DNA from: Eledone cirrhosa
Lineage: Eukaryota
Reading direction: 5' to 3'
DNA: 64,000 bases
Assembly: GCA_964016885.1 (NCBI GenBank)
Contig: OZ024748.1
Span: 56,606,001 to 56,670,000 of the forward strand
Shown: piece after piece, positions 1 to 14,721 of the stretch
How positions within the stretch are numbered: the stretch's first letter is position 1
Layout: every line of letters starts with the position of its first letter
Notes under the pieces: model-generated
Databases searched by the model: none
The model's input: only the letters and a program-made list of their open reading frames with translations
Told to the model about the DNA's origin: nothing
Made by a program: the position numbers and the translations under genes

Positions 1-290
1 TATATGTATATATATATCTAACTGGCCTGACTATCTGAGTATGTGTCTATTTTATAAACACTATAGATAATATCAATGGCTATCATCAATTTCACAGTTG
101 ATACTGCATTCAATGATAGGTTAAAAGTTCCGTCAAGTCAGTTGCTAATATAGATTATATTGCAGGATTTAGCAGTGTAATTTCTAATTCCTATGCTATA
201 AAATTACCTGCTCACCTAGTCATATTTCTGCTATCCTCCTACATATGCTCACAGCCACACCCGCACTTTATATATACATATATATATACA

Positions 291-335
<45 letters not shown>

Positions 336-390
336 AACGATATTTTGTTATCATATATATATATATATACCTTTAACGATATCTTGTTAT

Positions 391-440
<50 letters not shown>

Positions 441-2130
441 TGCGTGTGTATGTGTGTTTGTGTATGTAATTATGTGCGTACCAGAATGGTGAAACTTATG
501 TGGTAGATTTCTGATAATTACAAAGTCAATATGGAAGAACGACATTCAATGGTAATAGAGACTGTCAAACACACTAAACTCTACTGTAAAACGCTCTTCA
601 ATTTACCCCTAATTGCCATTACTAACATTTCTAATGTTATTATCACCATTATTTCTACAATAGAATGCAAATTTCACACAACATTATTGTGTTCCTCCCT
701 CTTCCTAATGCGTGTGCAGCTATTTCTTTACCGAACATAAAATTATGTCTATATTCCTATATGTGTCCGTAACTCTTCCATTCGTCATACATTTAAACCT
801 GGCGGACCTTATAATTGTCCAGGTCGGAATAGATCATATTTCGTCTGCTAGAATAGAGAGATGTGGTCTAAGATAAGTGCAAATGTGATATAAAGGAAGA
901 ATCCACCACAGAATTAAACTGGTATATATTTTCAACCTTGATATCGAAAAATGCAATGCTGGCTTCACATGAATTTGAACTCAGGTCATGAAAAGAGGAA
1001 AGGAGAAAACGAAGCAAAGCATATTGTCCGATATTCTACCGATTTTACTCCTTCTCTGGTAATGCTTTTAACTTGACCTATACCGTCCCCAAAATTATAA
1101 CTATTTTTAGATCAGGAACACTGTAGATTGAAAGTGTTTTTACCTGTCTTTGTACAATATGTTCATCGTGAAAGACTGAGATGCCTATGGACGTCGATAG
1201 TCGGCTTTCTTAGCAGTCATTGATATCTGATCTCTTTGTTGCGAATCATTGTCAATCTCCATAATAATTTCCTAAACCAATATGGGCATCTTTGTGACAA
1301 GTACAGGTTTTATTACATAATTCACAACTTTTTTCTGTATAATATTCATTAGACCTGCTGACTACATCATACATGTCAATACAGTATAGTTAATCATTAT
1401 GCCCTAACACTCTCTTCGTATAGGTTGGACAGGCATTTCTTTATGATATGCTATTTTCATCATTAGAGTTAGAACGTTTTTCTCACTAAAACATGAGCAA
1501 CAATCATTCGTACATATATACACGACCAATGAATATAACAGTTCATAATACTAAAGCTACATCTGGCTATCCCATACGAAAAAGAGACCGAAATGTTAAG
1601 GTTAATTTCCAAATTTAGGAACCGTTAAACTAATACGTCCTTAGAAAATGATGTGTGTGTGTGTGTGTGTGTATGTATGAGTGCGTGTTTGTCACATAAA
1701 CTATCACATCTTACCGAGGTGAATAAAACATACTTGGAATTCATAGGCTGCATTCTCATGAGAGGGGAAGATAAATAGATAAGAACGAGAGGAAGAGTTG
1801 CCCTTAATATCTTTGCTGATGAATTATTGCGGAAAATTAAATCGTGCTTGGGTGATATTTCACCAGAACATTATCACCTCTGTATATATTCACAGATGCC
1901 TCCGACCAGTGTATATTATTCATCCAATAACATTCATCATACACATTCAACAAGGATATCAATTCATTGAGAACATATTCCATCTCTTAAACCATTCATT
2001 ACTATCTTTGTAATAAAAGATATTGCCTATGATTTACAAAAGATTTTGTATAATTTCAAGAAATTGAAGGTATTTTGTATTTCAGCTGACTTAAAGATTA
2101 TCAGGATGGGAGTAAGGGCATAACAATCCC

Positions 2131-2390
2131 TCTTTCTTCGCCCACTTATTCATGAGGGGGTCGTGGCGGAAAAGTCCTCAAACACTCCGTTTTGTGGGTC
2201 CTGTCTGAAGCAACCGTCTCCAACTGATCAGCTGGAATCCCAAGGGTGACCAGCCAATCTCATGGATGTTATCCAACCATCTTTCTCGGGGTCTAACCCT
2301 GATTCTCCTACCTATTGGTTTTGCCCCCCTAAAATATCTCCAGTAATCTTTCCTGAGACATTCTAAACACATGCCCCATAGTATCGGAGC
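2131..2390 (-). mobile_element. RTE-clade LINE 3' end remnant (ORF2 C-terminus)
   Basis: ORF 2178..2432 contains AKPIGRRIRVRPRERWLDNI, the G-R-x-R-G-R-P-x-x-R-W-x-D type motif at the end of RTE-type ORF2; a homologous copy lies at 29.35-29.58 kb. Confidence 0.75.
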
Positions 2391-3482
2391 TATGATCGCT
2401 GAATTTGGGAATAACATAACATATTTTAACATAACATTATGCTGAAATGTTTTTTTTAATGAAAATATTACATTAAACCTGTGTACATTCGTGGCACCTA
2501 GGAAGGCTTCAGCCGGATTATTTTCGATATATGGGACACTGTTATATTCCTTTGCTGTATAGAATATTTGCTCTTAGCTATGAAGTAGTCGCTACAGTTA
2601 TTTCAAACTATTCGTTTCAGTAAATGAGAATATGAAATTGAGATTAAACCATAAAGAAGCTAGTCAGGATTTCAGATAACATTAAACATTCACATATAGA
2701 TACAAACACACACACACACACGTATCATATATATATATATATATATATATATGATATATATATATATTATATATTATATATATATATATATATACACATA
2801 TGAATATATACATATATATATATATTGGTATGTCTATATATCTACAATATCTACATACATATATAAAAAACAAATATATATATATATATGAGTGTGTGTG
2901 TCTGATAGTAATGAATTGTTGTTTTGTGTGTGTATAGGTGAGTGTATTTAATTACCTTTTATTTGTCTCCACGTATATAATTGAACAATTGAACGCAGTC
3001 TCTTTAATGTGAAATATAGCGTTTTCGGCGCCACCAATCCAAATCATTGTAGATTCATTTCACTTTAAGATTTAAACTATTTTCAGTTTATTTGTAAATA
3101 TATTTTTACCTTTTTTTAAATGTACCACTTGATATACATCTATACACACACACACCTGTATATATATATGTATTCACAAATGCGATCTATATAGTTATAT
3201 ATATATATATATAAATATGTCTCCCTGTGTATATCTGTATTGTATTTTCTCCATGGTTTTAATGAAATTTTTATTGAAATTCAGTTTAAGCACTTGAATG
3301 CATCAGCTTTCTCCATTTTCATTAATTACAAGTATAAATCTATATAAACAAACACACACACACAAACAAACACAGACACTTCTGTAGTCATATGCGAAGA
3401 CATTCAGTCGCATATACAGGCAAACATAGAAAGACACAGACATACGTACGTACACACACACAAATATATATCCATCTCTCTC

Positions 3483-3513
<31 letters not shown>

Positions 3514-4268
3514 CTATATAAACATATATATGTATATATACAAATATATATAACCATCTATGTAAATATGTATATATACACAAACATAAATATATGAACA
3601 TATAAGTGTATACATACAAATATATACATATATATCCATCTATGTGTATATATATATATATATTATATATATACAGACACACACATATATATATATGAAC
3701 ATATATGTGTATACATACAAATATATATATATATATATATATATCCATCTATATATATATATATATGCATATATACACACACACACATACATAATTGTGC
3801 ATATTGTTGGAACTAACGAGGAAATGAGTTTCTATAATACGGAGTATGATTTGAAATGAAAAGTAGAAGGAATAAAGATTTGGGGAATGAGAGAAGGAAT
3901 AAGAGAGAGTGAAGGGGTGTGAGAGAAAGAAAGAGATTGAATTATAAAAACAGAGGCCATCATTCAATGTTTTCTTAAACAAGATATCAAGTGAGAGGCA
4001 ATAGAATTGACATTTCTTTTATAGAAATTGCATACGTTAGACAATCAACGTTTGTTTTAGATGAGACGTTAGGCAGAAAGGTAGTTCAAACTAAATAAAC
4101 TTACATACATTTATTTCAACACTTCTCATTCCTCACTATTTTTATTGTACAAGCTGTTGTTGCTACTACTACTACTATTATTATTGCTCCTACTGCTTCT
4201 ACTACTACTACTAATGATTATGCTGCTTTTGCTGTAACTCGTGAAGAGCGCTCAAATGTTTTTTGCAT

Positions 4269-4300
4269 GGTCAGCTGGAAAGTTCATCGGCTGACCAAGA
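4269..4300. mobile_element. Isolated mariner-MITE terminal inverted repeat remnant
   Basis: ggtcagctggaaagttcatcggctgaccaaga resembles the TIR of the MITE at 32195-32396. Confidence 0.4.
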
Positions 4301-4589
4301 TCAATGGGCAATTGACAAAGTATTCCCTTCACACGCGTACGCTTAACATAAGCCTCAGTGTGATTCAGCTTGACATGAGCCTGGCATTTGAAATACATTT
4401 GCACCCAATTTTTATTGTCCCTCAGAATACTGGAGCAACGTGAAATAAAATATAAGGTCTTCATTCTAAGATTGAAAATCTTCAGTTAGATCTCTCCACG
4501 AGTAAAAATACTATAAAATTTTGAATTTACAAATTATTTTTTTAGATATTCTCTTCTTGATATTTAAAGAGTGTTATGAGTTGCTTCAT

Positions 4590-4950
4590 GGCCCTAGAGC
4601 TACATCCCTACTTACCACCATAGACGCTGAGTTGAGCCAGCCGTAGGTTTGAGCCTCGCGAGATGGAATGGCTCTTCCAGCGCATCTCCCTTACCATCCT
4701 CCGGGGAAACGCCTTCTCCATTATGTCCGTCGTGGCTGTGGGGTGGCCAACACGCTAGACACCATTTGCTCATAATACAGAGAGATGGGGAGGGCGAGAG
4801 ACATGGAGGCGATGACAGTGGGAGTTCGGCACTTCTGTGTTCGGACACATTGGTAAGGACTTGGAATTTGGTTTATTTCTGGTTGTCAATTTTGATTCCA
4901 TTACCCATTATATATAGTATACTTATGTAGATTATAGAAAATGTATAAAT
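4590..4950 (+). mobile_element. CRE-like (RLE-type) non-LTR retrotransposon 3' remnant
   Basis: Frame 4651-4758 reads EPREMEWLFQRISLTILRGNAFSIMSVVAVGWPTR*, matching the QRIS-x4-RGNA C-terminal motif of CRE-clade elements; preceded by frameshifted GPRATSLLTTI. Confidence 0.7.
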
Positions 4951-6319
4951 ACCACCATATCACTTTGACAGTCCGCTCTCCTGGCTGGCTTCGCAGCTAT
5001 TGAAGTTGATAATGAAGCGGGTGAAGTCGAAACTGCGATCTGAACATGTCTTCATTGGAGTCACAGAAGACAGTGTAGGATGCAAATATTATTTCCTTAA
5101 TTCATACATTTACCAAAATAGAATTTTTGTTTGTATATCTGTGCTTTATATGTGAGTGCAGGTTTTAAGTGTTAGTATAGGTTGTGTTGAGTGTGTAGGT
5201 GATGTATGTGAATGTACATGCGTCACGTATGTGTGTTTATATTTCAATTCCCAGAAGCCCTACAACATATATGTTGCTGGGCTTATGTATTGACCTTTAA
5301 GGCTACGGAGCATCAACTTAAGCGTTGAGTTGCAGATGAAGTGTAGTGTTTGCTACAATATGTATAATTGAAAACAAACTTCTGCTGGTATTTGGTATTT
5401 CTACAGAAAACCTCTTACTCTAATCGCAGTAATTCAGTTTTCAAATTGATTTTTCTTGCTTTACTATCAAAACATGCGTAGTTCTATATTTCCAATCATA
5501 CAAAGTACAAGTTCGTGTAAATAATGAATTTTGTTTATATTCACAAGCTCTTCATATCTGAGAAAGCGCATTCTTTCCTCTTTTTCAGGAATTTTACCGT
5601 AATTGATTTTAGGCTTTTGAGACTTCGTTAATTTTATTCAGTGTTTAGTTTACGTTCCAAGATATGGTTGGAATTTTCTTTTACACGTCCAGAGCAGTTT
5701 GGTGAGTACTGGATTTCTTAATTAGTCTAGGTTAGTGACGAGGCGAGTGAAATGTATTACAGAGCTGCACACCTGAATGGCTACGTACGTTTCTGAGAAA
5801 TTATTCTTACTTAGATGCTCACCTTTCAAAAAAGATAACAGTCAGATTGTCTTTATTATACACAGCCTCTTCTTTAAAATTTGACACCTTGAACATTTGA
5901 CATAGTTGAAGACAGAGTGAGACTAAGAAGAAAATATGACAGCGTTTTCATGTTTTTATGGTTTTAGTTGCACCGGTTTCACTCAATGGACTGCAGCCAT
6001 GCTGGAGTTGAATTTTCAATATACCAGTTACTTCATCTAACTAACTTCCAGAACAGAAAGGTTCACAGTGTGAATAATACCAGAATTGTTACGGCTAGAG
6101 TGCATTTTATTATAGATTTGATGGATTAGGACTAATATGGCGATAAACAACTAAGTTATCAAACCAGAAGCCTGCTCGAATCTGTGAAACGATTTATAAT
6201 TTTCTTCAACTAATTCTGTTTCATGAAACAGTTGTCTACATTTTCAAGACGAAGTGATAACAATCTTGTGAAGTCTCATCAAATTAAAAAGGAGAATGTA
6301 GATTAAGTATAATGGTTTT

Positions 6320-6527
6320 TGATTTAGGCACAAGGCCACTAATGTTTTGGCGGAAAGGGAATATCGATTAAATCGGCCCCAGTGCATTACTGGTATTTTA
6401 AATTATGTTACCGACCCCGTAAGGAAGAAAGGCAAATCTAACCCCCGCAGGCTTTGAACTCAGAACGCAGAGGGCCATAAATCTATGCCACTAAGCATGT
6501 ATTCCGATACTCTTCCGATACAGCCAA
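6320..6527 (-). mobile_element. tRNA-derived SINE, degenerate
   Basis: Reverse complement carries B-box-like gagttcaaagcc and core gcctttcttccttacggggtcgg; homologous to the copies at 33.1-33.7 kb. Confidence 0.75.
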
Positions 6528-8041
6528 ACCATTATGCTCATGTGGAGTTAGATAACAAAGGAATAAGATTTAACACTGTTTTCAATACCTGCACCATATT
6601 CAGAATTGTTTCAACTGTGTGACATAAGTTAATACTGGTATTTGTCCATAGTACATCCTATAGGTTTGCTATGAGATGATCGTTGTAACCGTCAATAATT
6701 CCAAAAAATAAACTCTGACGTCTATTCTGTCTGTGCGAAAGTGACAATCTGACGCGATGGCGTTAAAACTAAAATGAACAAAAGCGAATAAGAGGAATAA
6801 CCTAAACGGATCAATGTTGTGAGTTCGGATGAATATGTTAACAGTATGTAACATCATAATTTTGATACTGTGGTTGTTTAGCCTCATCAACTAGATTTAT
6901 TATTAAACATATCCCAACATTGATCAACTCGTATAAAGTACAAAATATCCTCATCAATGTTTTGTCATAATGTATATTAATTCATGAAGGACTCCATTAG
7001 TATTATATTCAGATGTTATATAGAAGAGCTCCATATCATTTAAATTGAAACTAAAATCTGGAAAAGAACAGCAACACGTTTGAAAAAGAACTGGTAGACA
7101 CACAGTGCCTACCGAGTGTCGTTGATAATAGGTATGCTACTGTGAGGATTACATAGATTTAAGCAATAAAAGCTACATCAATTACAATACTAAAACAATA
7201 ATGAAAACAAGGGTGCGTTTCTGGGTTATCTTGCCCTGCTGGAAATAACTGTTAAATATCACTTAAATTGCAACCTAGCTCTTTCGTCTTGGAAAACGGT
7301 CTGCCAAATCAGATTTGATCTCAGAGATAAACAAGATTAATTTTCTTAGTAAAAGCGGTAAACAAAAAGATTATTAGTAAAATAAACTCAAAAAAGATAA
7401 GAGCCTATCTAATAATAAAAATTATATACAAATACATTGAAAATATTTTTGCTAGAATTAGCAAAATAGCGTATTGTAGCAGATTAAAAATAATCTATTT
7501 ATAAATTAAATGTTTAATCGTTTGAGATGAAAGCTATATTGTCAGTCCGCCTTTTATCGTTTAATTCTATGGTTTGAAAATAAAATATTTATCAAGCAAG
7601 CATCGTTGATATTCGTGAAAGCATATATATAGCAACAGTAAATACTGAAATTAATGGCGGATGGTATTCTAGACACGTTCAGCAATAACCAATTGGCTTA
7701 TAGAAAAATAAATTGAAGAAGAAGACGAAAAAGAATAAAAAGAAAAGGAAGAAGTAGTGAAAGAAGAGGGTGAAGAACAACAACAAAAATAACAAAAACT
7801 AAAGCACCAACATGAACAACAAAAACGAAAATATTCTGCAATCATCCATGGTGCTTCTTATATTTTGCGACGATAGGGAAAACTTAGATGCATACTTTAT
7901 GTGCAGTTGCATCGAAATTGTCAGAATTAATTTAAACACCTACATGCACAGATATAGCTGCACTGACTCACTAGCATACACAAAAGAACAAACGCACAAA
8001 CACACCCACCCACATATTAATCTCTTTTTCTCTCTCTATAA

Positions 8042-8075
<34 letters not shown>

Positions 8076-8222
8076 GGTAAACAGAACCTGCAAAGCAAAC
8101 GACACAACACACACATATATACATTTATATATATATACACACATTTATAGAAACATTCACTCTAAAATGTCTTTCGTATCCTGTGTTTTACGCAAATTTC
8201 GGTGTGGGTGTGTGTATTTGTT

Positions 8223-8262
<40 letters not shown>

Positions 8263-8263
8263 T

Positions 8264-8327
<64 letters not shown>

Positions 8328-9240
8328 GTACGTGTGTGTGTGTGTGTGTGTTTCTCTGTTGAAGGATGTGCAGTTTCTTACATTTATTTTTCATTATATT
8401 TGCACTTTTTTTCCTTACTCGATATAATGAATCCATTTGCTCTTCGAATGTTTACAAAAGCAATATCTTCTTGTCTACCTAATTCGTATTTCGAAATATG
8501 GCAAAACCGAAAAGAAAATTGTGCGGAGAAAAATATGTATATATAACAAATGAGCTTGTGACCGGAATATGAACTGTGTAGAAAACGAGCAAGACCATAT
8601 TAATCAAAAACGCGCAAATGAAGATGAGCTGTGCTTAAGCCGTCAGAAAATATAACTTATAAATATTTCGTATAAATCCATAGAGTTCATTCGTGTTCTC
8701 ATTTGTTTGGGCTTCAAAAGCAACAAATTTGACCATAAAATATTAATTATCAAATCTCCAGTGAATATTGTTATTTTTTCGTATACATTTCTATATATTT
8801 CGTGAGAAAATTGCTTTCAGGAGTAAATTGGCTTTACAAGCAAATTACTAAAAGAATAATTGAGTTGGGGAGTTGCTGCTTCGCCTTATTTTCTATTCTA
8901 TTTTTGTTCGATTATATATTTCTATATTTCTTTACGTTAGTTATCTTTCGGTTATTTTGTGCGATTCCTTCTATATTTCTGGAATATTTACTACATTGTT
9001 CAGTTAAAAACCTCATTTTGTTGAAGGATTCATTCTTATGTTATATAAATATCGTTATATCTCGGATAATAGGGATCTCTACTTCTCTGAATATTTATCA
9101 CACATATGTCTCTTCTATTTTAGTATATTTTTCAAAACTGTTATATCAGTCTTTGCCTGCCTTTTTATATCTACATATATTTATCAACTTATGTGGTGTT
9201 AGTATACGTGATGTCCGTCTGTGTAGCTGATTGTATATAT

Positions 9241-9283
<43 letters not shown>

Positions 9284-10379
9284 TTAGTAACGGGAAGATA
9301 TATATGATATTTATATATATGTTTGTATGTGTGTATTTATGAGTTTACTGTAATTTTTACTCCTTTTAAATCACTTGACAACGTCGACAACATTTCGTTT
9401 ACTTACTCTAACAACTTCTTGGACATTCTTTATTTGACTTGTCGTAATAAACACAGATGTTAACTCCCCATGTACACACACTCAAAGTAACTATTGATCA
9501 TAGCCCCACTCAGCTTGTTCTATATAAATAAAATGCTGATGATTTATTTTAAACTTAATGGGAAGATGTGTGGTTGGTGTTTGTTAGTATAAAATCGAAA
9601 TTACAATAGAAATTGCAATGGCTTCAATTAATGTACCGATTTCCATCATCAGAAAATCGAATGAGGAAAGAATGATGTGATTTCGTCTTCATATAAACGA
9701 AATACTGTAGGGCTTTATGCTCTAATTAAGAAATCATTATTTATTAATACTTATTAGGCAGACAGTGCTATGGCTTTAATTATTTTGCGAATAGAATATC
9801 GCATAACCCTCTTATGAGACACGTTACTGTTTGAATTCCATTTGACATTGTTTAAGGAGTAATGAACGAAATAAAACTTCCACACGCATACATATTATTC
9901 AAAAGCTTCATGTTAGCTTTATATTCATTGATAAAGAATCATAAATCAGTTTTAATTCAGCTATATGCAAGTGGAGACTCTTCTATTTGAGTACAGTAAA
10001 GATACTGAAACATCTATTCGGCAAACGCATTTTGAAATTAGTGTTATGAAAATAAACTTGTTATTGGATCTAAGGAATGGCATGGGATACCAAATATTTG
10101 TTCGTGAAGTTGGTACTAGGCCAGAGCATTTGTAAAGTAGGCGCATATTTGATTTAAAGTATCTCCATACATGAATAGAAGGTATTTTATTGACCGTAGA
10201 GTGATGACAATCAAGTCAACATCAGGCGTGAATGGAGAATGTATACAGAAGCAGATGTAACTAAACAGCTCAAGGCATGGTTTTCTAGTACCATACTGAT
10301 TCCACATACCACCAGCCCAATAATAATAATAATATTAAAAATTATTATTTTTATTATTATTACTTGATATGCCTACTTA

Positions 10380-10424
<45 letters not shown>

Positions 10425-11119
10425 AGATTTGAATGGATACAGTTTAGTTGAAAGGAATTTATTGACACGTGTTTCTATAACAGTTACATAACCTAAAACA
10501 GCTATCTACAAACTTTTAGTTATGCAGACATTCAATATTTCAATGTTATTATTTACTGTCATTTCATCAGAATAATATTACTGAGGACCTGTTTAGTTTT
10601 TATAGAGAATATTAGGAGGGAGGGGTGAAGTTGTTAGAAGAATAGTTGAAGGAGTGGTTTTTCGATAGCAGTGAGAATTTTTGGTGGCAGTGAGTAATTA
10701 GATTCCCATCTGTTGTTTTGACATTTTTTATAGAATATATTATTGGTTATTTTTCTAAATCTATAGAAGGATTAGAGATAGTAAAGATATGCGTGGTTGG
10801 TTTTGTGTTTGCACTTAATTAACATTCAGACTTAAATTTTTCTTTCAAGTGTACGTATCCTTTCACCCACGCATTCACACACAAATATATTTGCACACCT
10901 CTACAAAATACATATACTCACAATTCACATATTCATACTTACATATATATACACATGCATGTATTCATGTACATACATACGCGCTCATGTGTATACGTTT
11001 TCATACTCAACTTATCTTTATATACACACGTATAGACACACACATATATACATACATACTCTAGTCCATGTGTACACACATACACATACTTACACATCCA
11101 TATACTCATATATACATAC

Positions 11120-11151
<32 letters not shown>

Positions 11152-11301
11152 ATATACATACACATACATATACACACATATACATATACATATATATATA
11201 TAAGCACTTTAATACATGAATACACTTACATCTAACTATACACATCAAACATATATATATATTTACTTATTTATATACATTTTCACATATATATACATAC
11301 T

Positions 11302-11359
11302 TATGGACGTTTTTAGACACATTCATTATCGCATATTTGTACCTATTCTCATCAGCATA
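11302..11359 (-). ncRNA. Degenerate minimal hammerhead ribozyme in the PLE 3' repeat
   Basis: tatg-CTGATGA-gaa-taggtaca...tgtgtcta-aaaac-GTC-cata; stem I tatg/cata, stem II present, GAAA degraded. Confidence 0.5.
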
Positions 11360-11471
11360 TCTTTTCATTATTAGTATGGTAATTTAAGGTTATTAATATA
11401 TGTTGAGAAGAGATTGTTTTTATATTTTTCTAACTAGATTAAGGTTTATATAGTTGGGGGATGTCCCTCTT

Positions 11472-11849
11472 TTATGTAATATTCGGCTTGTAGTGGGAAA
11501 AAAGGGTTTTAGTTCTGTGACGGCAGAATAATGTTCGTTCAATTCTGTTATTCAGCAGTTTCTTCTTGTGTGTGATTATGTAATAAATCTCAAGATTACA
11601 CAATTTGCAGAAATTTTGGCTCCTGGAAAAGCTTTGGGTTTTAGCTAATTTTTCCCATTTTAGGGTAAACTTTTGGTCGCTATCCCTGAGCGTCCAAGCT
11701 TTTTCTGCTAAAGTTGTTACATTTCTTTGGCTCTGGTGTTTTATTGAGTAAGAATGCCTATACAATCGAGATTTAAACGATGTTGCCGTTGATCCCACGT
11801 ATTACCACTCGTTGCCTCCGGATTTAATGGTACACTTATAAATAATATT
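11472..11849 (-). pseudogene. PLE GIY-YIG endonuclease remnant
   Basis: Translates NIIYKCTIKSGGNEW*YVGSTATSFKSRLYRH...CKLCNLE...LLNNRIE...CRH; IIY/YVG motif, conserved R and E, in-frame TAA at 11802-11804. Confidence 0.85.
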
Positions 11850-12048
11850 TGTAGATAGCTGTTTTAGGTTATGTAACTGTTATAGAAACACGTGTCAATA
11901 AATTCCTTTCAACTAAACTGTATCCATTCAAATCTTTCTATTTTTCTCCGGATTACTTTTGGAACTACAACTGGAACCGTCGAGCAAACTCTACGTGAGC
12001 TGATAATCTACTGTGTGTAATATTTATATTACAACACAACGGAAAATA

Positions 12049-12095
<47 letters not shown>

Positions 12096-12096
<1 letters not shown>

Positions 12097-13086
12097 TAGC
12101 ATTAAATCCCGGTGTTGCTCGGGGTCAGTAACTTACCAGAGTTCGGTTGCACCACCCATTTTATGGCACCACTTTTTTGTTTGGCAGGCACTGGGTGAAT
12201 GAATTGCAGACCTGAACTGCCGAAGAAGGAGCTGCGCCAGCAGTGACAATTGTAGTTTCGCCTATGGATATTATCTCTGTGCAAAGAAGTGTTGAAATTT
12301 ATTGTTACACAGTACTTGCGCAACACGCGCGTTGACGATGCCAGCCGAACAACAGAGCTGCGATGGAGTTGTTCTGCATGGTTGTCTAATGTGTGTTTTC
12401 TAAATTTAAGACAGTAGGGAGGGGTGTGATATGGGAGAGAGTTAGCTGCTGTTTCTAGCAGGTTTAGTGACCTCATAGAGGATATGTTTTCTAAATTTAA
12501 GACAGTAGGGAGGGGTGTGATATGGGGGAGAGTTAGCCATTACTATGAACTATAGTAGCAGTTTTGGCAAATGTTCGCCTGGTAACTTAGCTGAGAATAT
12601 ATATGTTGGTAGATATATATATATATGTGTTGGTAGATATACTAATTCTTTATAATTATCACCAAATTATTTTTTTGAGCAAAAATTTGCCAAAACTGCT
12701 ACTATAGTTCATAGTAATGGCTCGGCCACTGTCTTTTTAACACCCCACTCCTCACTGATTAAACTCGATGTCACGTGATTGATTCTTTTGAATGTGCCAC
12801 CGACCAAGTAGGCAGTGATGTTTTCAATGTCTTGGAATTTAGTCAACGCTTGCTTTTTTTCCATCCACTGAATTATTTTTGTATAAGTTCCCTGTGTCCA
12901 CGCATCGCCTGGTAACTTAGCTGCGAACAGACTTCCTGTGACGAAAGGTTTCTCCATGCTTTCCATTCGAAAACCATGTTTATTCCCTTTCAGAAACTAA
13001 TTAGTTGGAGTGAAATTTTAGTAAGTTAATTTTTATAATTTTCTTGTTTTACGTCTTTCATATATATATATATATATATAGATAGA
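12096..13086 (-). mobile_element. Non-autonomous Helitron
   Basis: Minus strand starts A^TCTATCTATATA and ends with hairpin cccgagcaacaccggg, 8 nt, then CTAG^T; no Rep/helicase ORF. Confidence 0.7.
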
Positions 13087-14622
13087 TATATAATACTGCT
13101 CCTTAATTGTAGAGCTAACTCTGTTGAAGGGAATTGACTGCTATTTCTAGTTGTCGAATACCTATTCACGACACTGAAACGAAGCCGCTGTGATGTGTAA
13201 TATCAACACGTGGTAACGGCCAGTTTAAGATTTTGACTCGAAGTGTAAACATGGATCGCTTGATATTGTTCTTCCTTGTTGATAATCCAAAAATATCCAC
13301 TTTCCGTGACTTACCATCTGATTAATTGGTGAAATATATTTCTTTAATGAAATATATACAGGGAAGATTAATCATTAAAAGGTATATATTTTTGAAGTTC
13401 TAGTTAACTTTATTTATTTGTTACCTACTAGCCATGCGTGGTTGCACGCTTGTAAAAATTATCTCCTGTGATTTTTCATATTTATATATATGTTGATCAA
13501 TTCCTAGTTATTAAAATGCTCGTACTTACAAAGTCCTAGAGCTTATTTTCCGGGCGATATGGCGCATTCTGTTAAGGAATGACACCCATAATTTCGATTC
13601 TGATTGAATTCTTTTAATCTATCTTAATTTTGGATATATATATATATTTTGTTTGCAATTTTGTTTGCAATTCCCTTTCATTGACGTAGACATTTTCTTT
13701 TTATAATGTAAAAGCAAAGATATTAAGTAAGTAAATATGTCACCAGGGAAGTTTTGATGGCATGACTTAATTAATACCAGACATGTTCCCAAGATATATG
13801 TCTTTGTTATATTCATACTTAAAACCACAGACGCACTCATACACAAACACTCTTGAAATTATATACATATATACATGCATACAGACACGTGTGTATGCGT
13901 GTGTGTGTGTCTGTGCATGTGCATACATCGTTTTTATCTCGGTAGAAGTGTACAAAGTTGCATCTAAATATACTAAAGTTATTTTAGCCCCTCTTCAGTA
14001 TCTATGAAACTACTATCGTTAATTAAGCCTAATACAGGATGAACATGGAACGGGTACACAACCTTTCATGACAAACACGGATGGGTGACTCATTATAATG
14101 AAACTTAACAGGAATCAATATTCATACCAAGAGAAAGAAATGTTTCCATATACATAATGGATTATATCATTAGTATATTGAATTGTATAGAGCAAATGAA
14201 ACTGCCAAGAGTTCATAAAACTGGCCTTAGCTCTTATAACCCCCTAGAAGGAATTTCTGCTTGGATTTTTTTTATTATTATTAAGTAAGAATATCTTTGC
14301 CAGAGAAGCTTGCCAAAGTTAAAAGTGTACACATTTGAACATAGATGAAAAAATAAGAGAAGTTAAGATAGGTCATTATTTCACCTTGATTTATAAGAGC
14401 CATTACAAGGGTCAATAATGAAAGGGTTGAACATTTCAAAATGGTGTTTTAGCGTGATTGAATGTGATTTATGTCCTTATGATTACGTTGCACGTTAATG
14501 GTTACTTCCCTAAGAATATACAACTACTGAAAGATGGCACAAAGTAACATCGAGAGCGTATTTAGTAAAGAAAACCTGAAGTAAAGAAATATTTCGTTTT
14601 TGTTTTATAAACACACATACAC

Positions 14623-14625
<3 letters not shown>

Positions 14626-14716
<91 letters not shown>
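14626..14716. repeat. (TG)n microsatellite
   Basis: Pure TG run. Confidence 0.95.

Positions 14717-14721
<5 letters not shown>

Larger units (their letters stand above)
10420..12051 (-). mobile_element. 5'-truncated Penelope-like element with inverted tail, inserted in (TA)n
   Basis: GIY-YIG remnant, downstream HHR-like motif, 93-bp perfect inverted repeat (10420-10512 vs 11848-11940), (TA)n on both sides. Confidence 0.8.

Noticed and set aside
11802-11804. In-frame stop as possible selenocysteine recoding in the PLE
   Set aside because: The codon is TAA, not TGA; most simply a nonsense mutation
12709-12966. 85-aa ORF inside the Helitron
   Set aside because: No recognisable Rep/helicase or other domain; its end lies in a rearranged inverted repeat
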